A stretch of DNA of 64,000 bases from Escherichia phage dhabil. The DNA lies in sequence record MN850621.1; one strand, given 5' to 3'. Under the pieces are notes generated by a model. It did not search any database and was not told the DNA's origin. It saw nothing but the letters and a program-made list of their open reading frames with translations. This document shows, piece after piece, positions 19,285-28,700 of the stretch. The translations under genes were made by a program, and so were the position numbers. Numbering within the stretch: position 1 is the stretch's first letter; every line of letters begins with the position of its first letter.

Positions 19285-20178
19285 TTATTTTAGAGCTAAT
19301 AGTGCCGCGCGAAGCTTGTCACGCTGGTTTTCCATATTCTTGATGCGATTAAGAACGTCTTGAATACTCTTTTTCTCATCTTCAATCTGGCCATTTAAAC
19401 GATGGATTGATTCCTGGATGCTATCTGCATAATAGGTCTCAATAGGTTTCATCGTAGGGTTAGTAACAACCAAAGAATTATCGGGTTTAATTTTCCAATG
19501 ATACGGTTCGGAATTGAATGGACTGGGCACCGCGGTGGTTTTGAATTTGTCATAGGCTGCATACTGGCCTACGCTGTCACATGATACTGCAGAGATACGA
19601 CGTTCCATTTGTGGGTCCTTTTGTTGGGATTGATAAGGGGCATAAGATAAAAGATATTCGCGAGTTAGTTTAACTCTTATATACACTGCATCGGCTTGCC
19701 CTGAACAATCGGCATATTCATCGGTTGTAACTTTATACGATTCTACTGCCTTAATACGGGTCATTGCTTCCCTAAATAAGGTTTCGAATGCTTCACGAAG
19801 GGCCTTATTACCTTTTGAGGTAGGACGGAAACGAACTTGGATACCGTCAGCCAGAATATTAATGACCAGGTTACGAGCCGTAAAATTAATATTCTTGATA
19901 TTAACAGGAACCGTAGAAATACGTCCTGCGGTAGCCAAGAGGTCTTTGATATTAGCTCGTAATGTTGCACCAAACAGGTGGGCTGGGCGACGGCAATAAT
20001 CGTTCAAAGAAGAAATATAAGTTCCTTTACGACCTACGCCATAAGTATAATTACCATTACAAATATGACCAAAGTCAGCTAGCCGATCGATAGCGATACG
20101 ACGAGTCGTGTCATGGTCGTATATAGAGTATTCTTTACGTGTTTTAATATTCATATTAAAGTCCAAATAATTTTTCAT
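19285..20178 (-). CDS. hypothetical protein (C-terminal coiled coil)
   Basis: 297 aa ORF. Confidence 0.55.
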   Translation of the reverse strand: MKNYLDFNMNIKTRKEYSIYDHDTTRRIAIDRLADFGHICNGNYTYGVGRKGTYISSLNDYCRRPAHLFGATLRANIKDLLATAGRISTVPVNIKNINFTARNLVINILADGIQVRFRPTSKGNKALREAFETLFREAMTRIKAVESYKVTTDEYADCSGQADAVYIRVKLTREYLLSYAPYQSQQKDPQMERRISAVSCDSVGQYAAYDKFKTTAVPSPFNSEPYHWKIKPDNSLVVTNPTMKPIETYYADSIQESIHRLNGQIEDEKKSIQDVLNRIKNMENQRDKLRAALLALK

Positions 20179-20371
20179 AGAATTTAGCGATAGGCCAAAA
20201 CACCATCATAATGACCAAAACAACCCAAAGTAGGGGCCATACTAGTGTAATGAATACTGCATCATAGCTTGATTCAATTTCGATTGGATTCCAATCACCT
20301 GATTTATGAATGATAAAGGTCGTCATAAATCCTAGCACAAAGTAAAGGAGAATAAAACCTAAGATTTCCAT
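20156..20371 (-). CDS. hypothetical membrane protein
   Basis: 71 aa, two hydrophobic helices. Confidence 0.45.
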   Translation of the reverse strand: MEILGFILLYFVLGFMTTFIIHKSGDWNPIEIESSYDAVFITLVWPLLWVVLVIMMVFWPIAKFYEKLFGL

Positions 20372-20455
20372 ATTAACCTATAATGTTTGAGAAAATTAGC
20401 CACAGAACACCCGTGGCTACGATTACATATCCAAGAACAGCGAGCCATTCCATAA

Positions 20456-21301
20456 TTAATCCTTAAGAAGATTTAGGATATCGATATATTTCCGGCGTTC
20501 AGCCTTAGCTTTGGCATTCAGACCAGAGAGTCGGAAAATCTCATCATCTTGTTGTTGGATTGTAACATTCAAGCAAGTAAGCAAATTGCTAAAATACTCA
20601 ATCTGGGCTTGATGTTTCTCATTGCTGCGCACTGGTACAGGTTCCATTTTAGGAGCTTGTTCTGAATGCTCTTCAGCCAGGTCTTTAATTTTATAAAGTT
20701 TAATACGTTGGCCTACTCCAGTTTCAGCATCACCAAAACTAAGAACACCGTGTTGTTCTAATTCAGACAGGGCCAAGCGCAGATGGAACTTCCAGTTGTC
20801 ATATTGACAACCACTAAAAGTTGAAATGGTATACTCATTTTCATTTCCAGGGTGGTTAACAATATTAAAGATAATCCAATCACCTGAACCGTTAGTCTTA
20901 AATGTCATTTGTTTATCAAGACCTTTTGCAAGTCGAGCGCCAAGAGCCAGTAGACGTCGTTGGTTGGCATGAAGGTCTTGAACAACTTCACCAAATGACA
21001 TCGCCGGGATTAAACGACCATAAAGGTCGTAGCCTTTGTTATAATTTTTAAGAATAATTTTGGCATTAGCACGAGACAACATACCTGTTTTACGAAGAGT
21101 TTTCATGACCCGGTCTTCTAACGTAAACGAACCTTTAGTCTTGTCAAAGATTTTAATAAAGTCATCTTTAACAGTACAAACATTGAACTTGTCCCACATC
21201 ATATATAGGACCTTTTCAACCACTTCTTTAGAACTAGGAATACGACCAAATTTAACAACTTTTTTAACTTCAGAACGAATTTGATTAATTGCTTGTGACA
21301 T
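20456..21301 (-). CDS. hypothetical protein
   Basis: 281 aa; shares MSQAI N-terminus and leader with gene at 13607-13936. Confidence 0.55.
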   Translation of the reverse strand: MSQAINQIRSEVKKVVKFGRIPSSKEVVEKVLYMMWDKFNVCTVKDDFIKIFDKTKGSFTLEDRVMKTLRKTGMLSRANAKIILKNYNKGYDLYGRLIPAMSFGEVVQDLHANQRRLLALGARLAKGLDKQMTFKTNGSGDWIIFNIVNHPGNENEYTISTFSGCQYDNWKFHLRLALSELEQHGVLSFGDAETGVGQRIKLYKIKDLAEEHSEQAPKMEPVPVRSNEKHQAQIEYFSNLLTCLNVTIQQQDDEIFRLSGLNAKAKAERRKYIDILNLLKD

Positions 21302-21364
21302 AATAATTTCCTCAGTAAGTAATTAAGAACCTAGAACCATTATACCATCCTTGGTATAAAGCGT

Positions 21365-21889
21365 TTATGCGAGAACCGTCTTTAAACGCTCTTCAAATTT
21401 CTGAAGCAGAGCTTGGCGTTCAGCTCGTTGTGATTTGTACTGCTCGATACGACCTGAAGTGAGGGCGTACTGTTCGTTTACTGATTCCCGCATAAATTCA
21501 GGAATCTCTTTACAAGCTTTGATTTCGTCAAACTTATCAATAACCGCTTGTTGTTCGGCAATTAAGTTATCAAAATAAGCGATATCTGATTTAACGTTTG
21601 CCAGGTCAGATTCAGTAGGCATTAAACGTTTATTACGCTCAGCTTGATAAGCTTGGTTGGTTTCACGACTCCAGTGAAGAGTACGTTTTTTGTTGGTGTT
21701 TTTGTAGAGCTCTACAATACCAACTGAATCGATGACAGCAATCCAGTTCCAACGGCTTTTGTAAATCTCTCCTCCAGATACGGTAATCTCATTACCACAA
21801 GCAACGTCATTAAAGAACTTGCTTTGTTTTTCGGATTTGAAATTACCATTGTTAAAATTAATCAGTGAAAAAATATCTTTAGCGTTCAT
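21365..21889 (-). CDS. hypothetical protein
   Basis: 174 aa ORF; promoter cassette upstream. Confidence 0.5.
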   Translation of the reverse strand: MNAKDIFSLINFNNGNFKSEKQSKFFNDVACGNEITVSGGEIYKSRWNWIAVIDSVGIVELYKNTNKKRTLHWSRETNQAYQAERNKRLMPTESDLANVKSDIAYFDNLIAEQQAVIDKFDEIKACKEIPEFMRESVNEQYALTSGRIEQYKSQRAERQALLQKFEERLKTVLA

Positions 21890-21895
21890 GATAAC

Positions 21896-21944
21896 CTCCA
21901 GTAGTTGATAGGTCTATAGTATCATTTCTACTGGAGATGTAAAC
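21896..21944 (-). promoter_or_regulatory. early promoter cassette (canonical copy)
   Basis: Minus GTTTAC, 17 nt, TGATACTAT, AGACCTATCAA; flanked by 9-bp inverted repeat CTCCAGTAG/CTACTGGAG. Confidence 0.65.
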
Positions 21945-21946
21945 AA

Positions 21947-22288
21947 CTAATAAAAACTTTTTTCACCGGCTTGTCCACTAAACCATGCGGATTGGGTGTT
22001 CTCTTTCCGTTGATGTTTAATACGAATAAGGTATTCATTCCTGATGGCACAGAGTTCATCTCTGAAGTCGCCTGCCAACTTAACCTGCTTACGGTCTAGA
22101 TTTATTAAGGCTTGGGTCTTCGCTGCCAAGAGCAGTCTCTTGTAGTCTCCTTCTTCACAATCGGTTTTGTAAACCTTCTCAGCGAATTGGTGTTTAAATT
22201 CATTATCATAGTCTTCAATAGACTGTTTCATGGCATTAGAGTATTTCAACTCTGCTTTTATAAGGTCATAACTAAATTGTTCGAACAT
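21947..22288 (-). CDS. hypothetical protein
   Basis: 113 aa ORF. Confidence 0.45.
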   Translation of the reverse strand: MFEQFSYDLIKAELKYSNAMKQSIEDYDNEFKHQFAEKVYKTDCEEGDYKRLLLAAKTQALINLDRKQVKLAGDFRDELCAIRNEYLIRIKHQRKENTQSAWFSGQAGEKSFY

Positions 22289-22298
22289 AATTTCACCT

Positions 22299-23279
22299 TT
22301 ATTTCAGAAGTGTAACTTCAGCGATTTCGCTCCAGTCATTTTTATCGGTGGCAATGAAGTCCGCCAGGTAAAGAGCCGTGCGTAATGATACGTTACGAAG
22401 ACGAGATACATTGGCCTTCATCCATGCTAGAGCTTGATAAGTCTCAGCATCAGTCAGACCTCGGTTTTGCATCATATCAGTGGACAGGATAACGTCTTCA
22501 ACACGAACCATAATCTCTTCATTCGAGTGAACTCCGAGGTCTAAGTAAACCGAACGAGATACTAAAGCCTGGAGGTGTGGAGCAAGTTTAGTTCCACGCT
22601 CTAATTCACGGTCAATGTCAACGTTGGTGATGAACACGATGGTGCCTTCGTATTCGAATTCTTTATCGATATTTTTATCATCGAGATAAGAACTTGAAGT
22701 GCTCCAGCACACCTTACGTTTCTCACCGGTATCCAATGCGGCTTTAAGAAGGTTCAGGATATCCATGTCAGAGAATACATCAACATCATCAATAAGAAGA
22801 ACACTATTAGGGCCGCGGTTATTCCAAAGCTGCTCGTAAAGACCGATTCCACTAATCTTTCCGTTGATTGATTTATATTCGATAGTTTCATTTTCGTGGG
22901 CATTTTGTAATGCTTTATCTAAAGAGTAGGTTTTACCAATACCTGCGGCACCAGAGATGATAAGGGAACGAATTTTACCATCGATGATTCCGTTAGTCAT
23001 CATGTTCATTACTTTAAAACGTTTGTTGATGCGATGTTTCATTTCTTCAGAGGATTCGGTAACCATTACAGGAGCTTCAGCACCTTCCATTTCAACGTCA
23101 CATTTGAACACCCACACACCACGTTCAACACCATCAATCTGTACGAATACCTTGCCATCACCGAGGTGAGCTTCAGATTCATGAATTTTATTAGGGAACC
23201 AGGTTTTACCTGAACTCATGAACGTACCAGAGATTTCATTACCGCGATAGATACCTTTGTTGATTTTGATAGTTAACAT
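22299..23279 (-). CDS. P-loop NTPase (AAA-like)
   Basis: Walker A SGAAGIGKT and Walker B VLLIDDVD; start set to ATG (MLTIKINKG) after promoter cassette. Confidence 0.55.
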   Translation of the reverse strand: MLTIKINKGIYRGNEISGTFMSSGKTWFPNKIHESEAHLGDGKVFVQIDGVERGVWVFKCDVEMEGAEAPVMVTESSEEMKHRINKRFKVMNMMTNGIIDGKIRSLIISGAAGIGKTYSLDKALQNAHENETIEYKSINGKISGIGLYEQLWNNRGPNSVLLIDDVDVFSDMDILNLLKAALDTGEKRKVCWSTSSSYLDDKNIDKEFEYEGTIVFITNVDIDRELERGTKLAPHLQALVSRSVYLDLGVHSNEEIMVRVEDVILSTDMMQNRGLTDAETYQALAWMKANVSRLRNVSLRTALYLADFIATDKNDWSEIAEVTLLK

Positions 23280-23289
23280 TATATTCTCC

Positions 23290-23345
23290 GTTTCACTCAG
23301 TAGATTTGATAGGTCCATAATAACATGCTCTACGAGAGGGTAAAC
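23290..23345 (-). promoter_or_regulatory. early promoter cassette (variant)
   Basis: TTTACC -35, TTATTAT -10 region, core GGACCTATCAA; precedes ATPase gene. Confidence 0.5.
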
Positions 23346-23364
23346 TCTTTTTTGCACTAAACCC

Positions 23365-23386
23365 AAAAAAGGACCCCGAAGGGTCC
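23365..23386 (-). terminator. intrinsic terminator (TTCG loop)
   Basis: Minus GGACCC-TTCG-GGGTCC followed by TTTTTT, then promoter cassette. Confidence 0.6.
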
Positions 23387-23581
23387 TAAATTGCGCTCCA
23401 ATAATTATGGAAGCGGATATTATTGATAGCCCAGTTAATACACCGTCTTATCTGCTTAGACGTAGGCTTGCATACGTACTTGAAATTGATTCGTCTACCG
23501 GTTTCTCTACAAACTACTTCAAGATACCAACGACAGGTTTTATGAGGTCTTCCATATGACAGGAAAACCTTGATTTCTTCT

Positions 23582-24592
23582 TTAGCGGTAATAAGAGTTG
23601 TGGTTGTCAAGATACACCTCTTCGACGAACTTGTCCCAGAACTTCATGTCCACCTTCTCAGGTATACCGTTCTTATGAGCTTGTACAGCCAGGACTTCAA
23701 CTTCATCAACAATGTTTTCTAGCAGCCCTTGGACCACTTTAAAAGGCATATCACCTGCTTTTATTGCTTTAATAATAGAAGCATTTTTAAGTGGATAAAC
23801 CAAATCGCCTGTTTGATAGATTTCCTTCAACTGATATCCAGCACGATAAGCGTGGCTCAGAGCTTTCCAGTCAATACCTTCATTGGCTTCGGCCTTACGA
23901 GCACGTTCACCATATTCGGCATCAAGTTTATTCAGAGATTGCTTGAGCTCGATTAATGACAAAGTAGTTTGGTATTTACGACCGAGGACGGTATAGAACG
24001 TTTGAGGACCTGTTTTCTCGTGGTTATGAAATACCCATTCACAGAACTCATTTTCAGGGAGCCGGTGCTTAATATCTTCTACCTTAGTACGTCGTTGCTT
24101 AGTAGAACCATCTTCTTGATAATCAACCCACTGTTCAGGAATCTGGTTAACAATTGCCAGTACACCACGTAAAGCAGCCAGTCGAGAACCCTTAACACCA
24201 TATTTAGAAGCTTGCTTACGGACGTACCCTAAATAGGCTTTCATGTTGGTTGTATAGAAACGCGAACGGTTATCTTGGATAAATTTCCATACATCAGGTA
24301 AATCAGATTTAACCACCATTTCAGGCGGAGTGTGGAGCATATCCAGAGCAACGGTTTCGCCTTCAGCAGCCAGTTTAAAGAAATATTTCAGACTGTAAAG
24401 CTCATGGTCAACATCATCTTTAGTGTTTTTGGAAGCAGTGTTATTCGTGTTCAGGTTGGTATGGTTCATTGCCGTACCTAACAGAATATCACGCGGATGT
24501 GGAACAAAGATTTCTTTAAAATCGACATCAGATTCCGGAGTACTTGTTCCATAAAGGTGGCTACCGAAGTAGCCTTTCATAACTGTTCTCAT
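23582..24592 (-). CDS. nucleotidyltransferase-fold protein (Pol-beta superfamily)
   Basis: N-terminal GSHLYGTSTPESDVD fits the G[SG]-x(9-13)-D-x-[DE] motif; 336 aa. Confidence 0.5.
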   Translation of the reverse strand: MRTVMKGYFGSHLYGTSTPESDVDFKEIFVPHPRDILLGTAMNHTNLNTNNTASKNTKDDVDHELYSLKYFFKLAAEGETVALDMLHTPPEMVVKSDLPDVWKFIQDNRSRFYTTNMKAYLGYVRKQASKYGVKGSRLAALRGVLAIVNQIPEQWVDYQEDGSTKQRRTKVEDIKHRLPENEFCEWVFHNHEKTGPQTFYTVLGRKYQTTLSLIELKQSLNKLDAEYGERARKAEANEGIDWKALSHAYRAGYQLKEIYQTGDLVYPLKNASIIKAIKAGDMPFKVVQGLLENIVDEVEVLAVQAHKNGIPEKVDMKFWDKFVEEVYLDNHNSYYR

Positions 24593-25041
24593 TTCTTAGC
24601 CTCAAAATGGATTACCGGACACATCTTAGATTTACGAGCTTTAATATATTGAATGAAAACATTTTCTTTAATTTCCTTTCCTTCACGTTTAGCTTTAATG
24701 CGTTCCCATTCTTTTTCTTCTTTACGTAAATCGTACCGGGCCCATAAATTCATTAGACCATACACCAAACCAAAAGCTACCGCTAGAATAAGGGCTATTA
24801 TAATCAGTCCTAAAATAAAACCTAAACTTAAACCAACAGGAGTACTCAATACAAAGAACTGCTCCAATATACCGGCACCTGCAACAGTTAAGCCGAAAAT
24901 AGTACTACCTGCAAGCACAGAACACATAAAGCACACCCAAACCATTTTCCAGAAGTATGCGCATAATGATCGCGGACGCGAATAACTGGCATAAAAGCGG
25001 TCATGTAATTTAACATGCCAAGAGTTTTCATTGATAATCAT
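24589..25041 (-). CDS. hypothetical membrane protein
   Basis: 150 aa; two to three hydrophobic helices, Gly-rich. Confidence 0.45.
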   Translation of the reverse strand: MIINENSWHVKLHDRFYASYSRPRSLCAYFWKMVWVCFMCSVLAGSTIFGLTVAGAGILEQFFVLSTPVGLSLGFILGLIIIALILAVAFGLVYGLMNLWARYDLRKEEKEWERIKAKREGKEIKENVFIQYIKARKSKMCPVIHFEAKK

Positions 25042-25050
25042 AATATTTCC

Positions 25051-25611
25051 TTAAGAGTTCATAGTTGGGATAACAGAGTTCAGATAAGATACTAAAACTT
25101 TTAGCTCGTCCTTCGTAAATACAACTTCATTTTCACCGTCGTGTCTTTGGACCAAGGATAGCAAATCACGGCCCTGGTGTTGATACACGGTTAGTTCGGT
25201 ATCATAATCCATTTCTTCTTCATCACCTTCAAATGTTTCACTAGAACGAATTACGGCATCTTGACCAGGGACTTTCCATTCAACTTCCGGCTTGCATTCT
25301 TCCTGGAACAGTTTAAAAATACATTTAAAGAAATTACTAGAATCGCTAATGCTCAGACATTCTCCGTCTGTTTCCAAATTAAACCCTTTGTCATGGTTAT
25401 AAATCTGGGCCCATAAACCATCATTAATATCAAATACACCTCTAAATCTGCCATTAAGATATTCGTGTTTGTCCAAAACCTTTAAATCATAAAGCGGCTT
25501 GATATCTTGGATAGTCAGTACGATTTTATCGTCTTCTTGTGAAAGCACAATTGCATTATCAACTACTTCAGCAGTCAGGTCACCAAACAGCCCAGATGTT
25601 TCAATAATCAT
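25051..25611 (-). CDS. hypothetical acidic protein
   Basis: 186 aa ORF. Confidence 0.45.
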   Translation of the reverse strand: MIIETSGLFGDLTAEVVDNAIVLSQEDDKIVLTIQDIKPLYDLKVLDKHEYLNGRFRGVFDINDGLWAQIYNHDKGFNLETDGECLSISDSSNFFKCIFKLFQEECKPEVEWKVPGQDAVIRSSETFEGDEEEMDYDTELTVYQHQGRDLLSLVQRHDGENEVVFTKDELKVLVSYLNSVIPTMNS

Positions 25612-25621
25612 TTTCCGTTCC

Positions 25622-25804
25622 TCATTTCACATTTTGTTTAATAAAATTTAGCAATTCTTTAAGGGCTTTATCTTCTTCTTTAGAAAGCCTAGTACAATCA
25701 TCAACCGAGTAATGGTGACAAAATGCTGTTTCGAATCTGGCAACTGTACCAGCATAGGCCTCGATAAGCTCTTCAAGCTTTAAGTGCTTTTCTTTGGTTT
25801 TCAT
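25622..25804 (-). CDS. hypothetical protein
   Basis: 60 aa ORF. Confidence 0.35.
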   Translation of the reverse strand: MKTKEKHLKLEELIEAYAGTVARFETAFCHHYSVDDCTRLSKEEDKALKELLNFIKQNVK

Positions 25805-25807
25805 AAA

Positions 25808-26092
25808 TCACCGGTTATGTTTTAAAATACTATAAAGCTCTTCGACTTGGCTTGCATCCAGATAAATGACCTCGTCATCTTGTTCCAGGACAATTCCGCC
25901 TTTAATAAGATTCCACTCTACCACTTCAACAGTCATATCATCACCTGAACCTGCTAATGTTTCAGGTTTCAAAACAATAACACCATCTTCAGAATTACCA
26001 CTCGGGTCGTATAACATTACAGTTTCCTCGCTAACCGTGAAAAGAATAAACCTATTAAAACTGGACCAATAAGCATTGTAAGCCAAGCCCAA
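25808..26092 (-). CDS. hypothetical protein
   Basis: 94 aa ORF; start uncertain. Confidence 0.4.
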   Translation of the reverse strand: MGLAYNAYWSSFNRFILFTVSEETVMLYDPSGNSEDGVIVLKPETLAGSGDDMTVEVVEWNLIKGGIVLEQDDEVIYLDASQVEELYSILKHNR

Positions 26093-26108
26093 GGTTCAAG
26101 ATAGTAAA

Positions 26109-26366
26109 TCATCTCATGCTCCTATGCCAACAGTTACGTGGCTCACGTTTAAAAATTTCATCATGCATTGACTGACAACCTACACAGTATATCACACCCT
26201 TAATAGCTTGACGTCGTGCTTCAGGAATCTCTTCATCACAATCAAAACAATATTTAGCCGATTCACGTTCAACTGCTACTTGCTTACGGGCGTGTACTAT
26301 AGCGGCCTGTACGACCGCTTCCATTTCGAGCTGTTCGGCCCCGTCCTTAGCAAATCCAACGGCCAC
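26109..26366 (-). CDS. DksA/TraR-type C4 zinc-finger protein
   Basis: CFDCDEEIP…CVGCQ pattern typical of TraR/DksA C4 fingers; GTG start in track. Confidence 0.5.
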   Translation of the reverse strand: MAVGFAKDGAEQLEMEAVVQAAIVHARKQVAVERESAKYCFDCDEEIPEARRQAIKGVIYCVGCQSMHDEIFKREPRNCWHRSMR

Positions 26367-26548
26367 TATGCTTTCAACCCATTAAGATACTCAACCAAGG
26401 CTGCTTTAGAGTTAGCCAAATCTCGTTTACACTGCTCTATTCCGGAATACGAATAACCTTCACAATATTCAACAGCCAGGTCATTGGATGCGTTTTCAAT
26501 GTGCTGGGCGAGTTTGATAATTTTCTCAATCTGTTCGGTAGTTAACAT
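26366..26548 (-). CDS. hypothetical protein
   Basis: 60 aa ORF. Confidence 0.35.
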   Translation of the reverse strand: MLTTEQIEKIIKLAQHIENASNDLAVEYCEGYSYSGIEQCKRDLANSKAALVEYLNGLKA

Positions 26549-26561
26549 AATATTTTCCTCA

Positions 26562-26792
26562 TTAAATTTTTTCGAATAATGCCAAAGCTTTTTCGATAGC
26601 TACAGATTTAGTACCAATAACCATTTTAGGCTGTGATTGGAACTTAGTAGCTTCATAAACTTCTAAACCAGTTACTTTACCGTTTTGTTCGATAATAGCA
26701 AAGGTAGCGTTTTCAAAATCTTCAGCTTTAACTTTAAGTGCTTTAGAAGCTTTAGCGATATCGATAACTTTCAGGTTGGTGATGGTTTTCAT
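26562..26792 (-). CDS. hypothetical protein
   Basis: 76 aa; cassette-type leader (GGAGAATAAAATG) and promoter upstream. Confidence 0.5.
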   Translation of the reverse strand: MKTITNLKVIDIAKASKALKVKAEDFENATFAIIEQNGKVTGLEVYEATKFQSQPKMVIGTKSVAIEKALALFEKI

Positions 26793-26800
26793 TTTATTCT

Positions 26801-26849
26801 CCTCATTAGTTGATAGGTCTATAGTATCACGTTCCTAGAGGATGTAAAC
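26801..26849 (-). promoter_or_regulatory. early promoter cassette
   Basis: GTTTAC, 17 nt, TGATACTAT, AGACCTATCAA, then GGAGAATAAAATG. Confidence 0.65.
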
Positions 26850-26857
26850 ACTAAAAC

Positions 26858-26887
26858 GAAAAAAGGTCCCACCGAAGTGAGACCTTT
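26858..26887 (-). terminator. intrinsic terminator (TTCG loop)
   Basis: Minus GGTCTCAC-TTCG-GTGGGACC followed by TTTTT, then promoter cassette. Confidence 0.6.
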
Positions 26888-26889
26888 GA

Positions 26890-27276
26890 TTATTCTAACG
26901 TTAACAAATACTTAGTCTGGTAAAAGACACCAGTGATGTCGTCCAAAGTCGATTGGATGGCCTTAGGAAGATTTTTGTAGATTTTATCAGACGCTTTAAT
27001 AAGTTCATCAAGAAAATCTATGGGGTCTTTAGGCAGTTCTGAAGCAGACGGTAGTGATGCTTTATATTCTTTGCCACTAAATCCTAAATACTGTTCACTG
27101 AACTGGTCTAGTGGTCCTTGAACTTCTGTATAATAGAAGTCATATGCTTTGTGTCTTGCATAGCTTTTGGTTTCCAAATGGGCTGACTTAAAATAGGCTA
27201 AAGAAACCAACAGCCAGCCAATATAAGAATCTACTTCAGTCCCTCGACTAAGTACGAAATCATTGAATTTCATCAT
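26890..27276 (-). CDS. hypothetical protein
   Basis: 128 aa ORF. Confidence 0.45.
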   Translation of the reverse strand: MMKFNDFVLSRGTEVDSYIGWLLVSLAYFKSAHLETKSYARHKAYDFYYTEVQGPLDQFSEQYLGFSGKEYKASLPSASELPKDPIDFLDELIKASDKIYKNLPKAIQSTLDDITGVFYQTKYLLTLE

Positions 27277-27553
27277 CTACCTTCATTAGTTTAGCGTATC
27301 GTTCTCCGATAGCCCGACCTTCAATCGAGCAAGACTCTATTGTATTGCAATTTGAAATTTTCCAAGAAGCAGTTACATAAGCCCAGTAGTCTTCGGAAGC
27401 CTTTACACTAGGTTTACTCATTTGCGCATAAACTGGCATCGCACTACTAGCAAAGGCATCCATCAATTTAGGGTCGGATTTGTTTGCTAGTGAAGATGTC
27501 GGGCTTAAACATCCAATCATAAGGATACAAGCCACTGTACGGAAAATACCCAT
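27260..27553 (-). CDS. putative lipoprotein
   Basis: Signal peptide with lipobox MIGC. Confidence 0.45.
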   Translation of the reverse strand: MGIFRTVACILMIGCLSPTSSLANKSDPKLMDAFASSAMPVYAQMSKPSVKASEDYWAYVTASWKISNCNTIESCSIEGRAIGERYAKLMKVDDEIQ

Positions 27554-27646
27554 ACAAAAGTCCTTTGTTATTTTATACGAATTTGCCTTTCGGCCTTAAC
27601 CGATAGCGATTACCAAAAGCTAAAGCTCTACGGTTAGTATTACTAT

Positions 27647-27925
27647 TTATAGCTTTTTAAGCTTACGACAATAAGAATAGAACACGTCGTTAAAATTATA
27701 TTCAACCCAATTCCTCTGTATAGGCGAGGTAATGGAAAGCATATAATGCGCTTTAATTAAATCCATTCCATTTTTATTAGGACATTCTTTATTATTAGCA
27801 TTATACGTCGCTGCTACAACTTCTATCTCTCTTTTGTAAGCCACATCATCCATGATGGGCGAAAGAACAATATAAGAGATGGCCACAGCGAACGCTAGAA
27901 TTAAAATCTTTGAATTTAGGTCCAT
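27647..27925 (-). CDS. signal-anchored periplasmic protein, rI-like by position
   Basis: N-terminal hydrophobic anchor, Cys-containing; adjacent to tk as rI is in T4. Confidence 0.35.
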   Translation of the reverse strand: MDLNSKILILAFAVAISYIVLSPIMDDVAYKREIEVVAATYNANNKECPNKNGMDLIKAHYMLSITSPIQRNWVEYNFNDVFYSYCRKLKKL

Positions 27926-27932
27926 AGTACCC

Positions 27933-28505
27933 TCAACTCGTTATTTCTATCCAGTGCTTCCTGCACAATGACACGTAAGAATCGTTGCCACCTATAGAAA
28001 CTTGGGCTCCGTCCTTAATTGCGATACCATCTTGGACCCTAGCAGTCATAGTAGCTTTACGGCCGCAATGGCACACACCTTTGTACTCAACGAGTTTATC
28101 TGCTGTAGCGAGTAATTCAGCAGAACCAGGAAACAGTTTACCCTGAAAATCAGTTCTTAGCCCATAGCACATAACTGGAACATTATAATTGTCTACTATC
28201 TTTGCCAGTTGTTTTATCTGTGCAGGTTCTAAGAACTGTGCTTCATCCACAAACACACAGTGGATATCTTTTTGAGATTCAGCCCAACGATAGAACTCGT
28301 ATAGGTCCATATCCGGAGTCACTGCATTAGCCTCTTGACTAATCCCTATACGAGACGAAATGGTATGGCTTGATTCTCTATTGTCTATCGCAGGCTTTAA
28401 AAGGAGCACGCCCATACCACGTTCTTTGTAGTTATGAGCCGCTGTTAGCAATGAAGCGGTCTTACCTGAGTTCATTGCCGCATAGTGAAAATAAAGTTGA
28501 GCCAT
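27933..28505 (-). CDS. tk: thymidine kinase
   Basis: 190 aa; P-loop AAMNSGKT, CHCG zinc motif; closely resembles T4 Tk. Confidence 0.95.
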   Translation of the reverse strand: MAQLYFHYAAMNSGKTASLLTAAHNYKERGMGVLLLKPAIDNRESSHTISSRIGISQEANAVTPDMDLYEFYRWAESQKDIHCVFVDEAQFLEPAQIKQLAKIVDNYNVPVMCYGLRTDFQGKLFPGSAELLATADKLVEYKGVCHCGRKATMTARVQDGIAIKDGAQVSIGGNDSYVSLCRKHWIEITS

Positions 28506-28514
28506 ATTACCTTC

Positions 28515-28700
28515 TTAAAGACTATTCACATAAGCAATTAATTCGTTTTCTTTCGCATCAAATCTATTAGCAAATTCTTCCTGATGTTCGGCATCTATTG
28601 GGCCGTATTCATCGTAAAAAGCGTTTGCTTCTGTATGCTCATCCAAAAGCTCATGGATAAGCTCAAACAATCTACTTTTCTGACTAATACTTAAACTCAT
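28515..28700 (-). CDS. hypothetical protein
   Basis: 61 aa ORF. Confidence 0.35.
   Translation of the reverse strand: MSLSISQKSRLFELIHELLDEHTEANAFYDEYGPIDAEHQEEFANRFDAKENELIAYVNSL

Noticed and set aside
23386-23610. 74-aa Cys-rich ORF with TTG start between the nucleotidyltransferase gene and the terminator
   Set aside because: No ATG, overlaps the upstream gene end, weak Shine-Dalgarno sequence; could be real (it fills a 190-nt gap and has CxxxxxxC…C…C) but support is insufficient.
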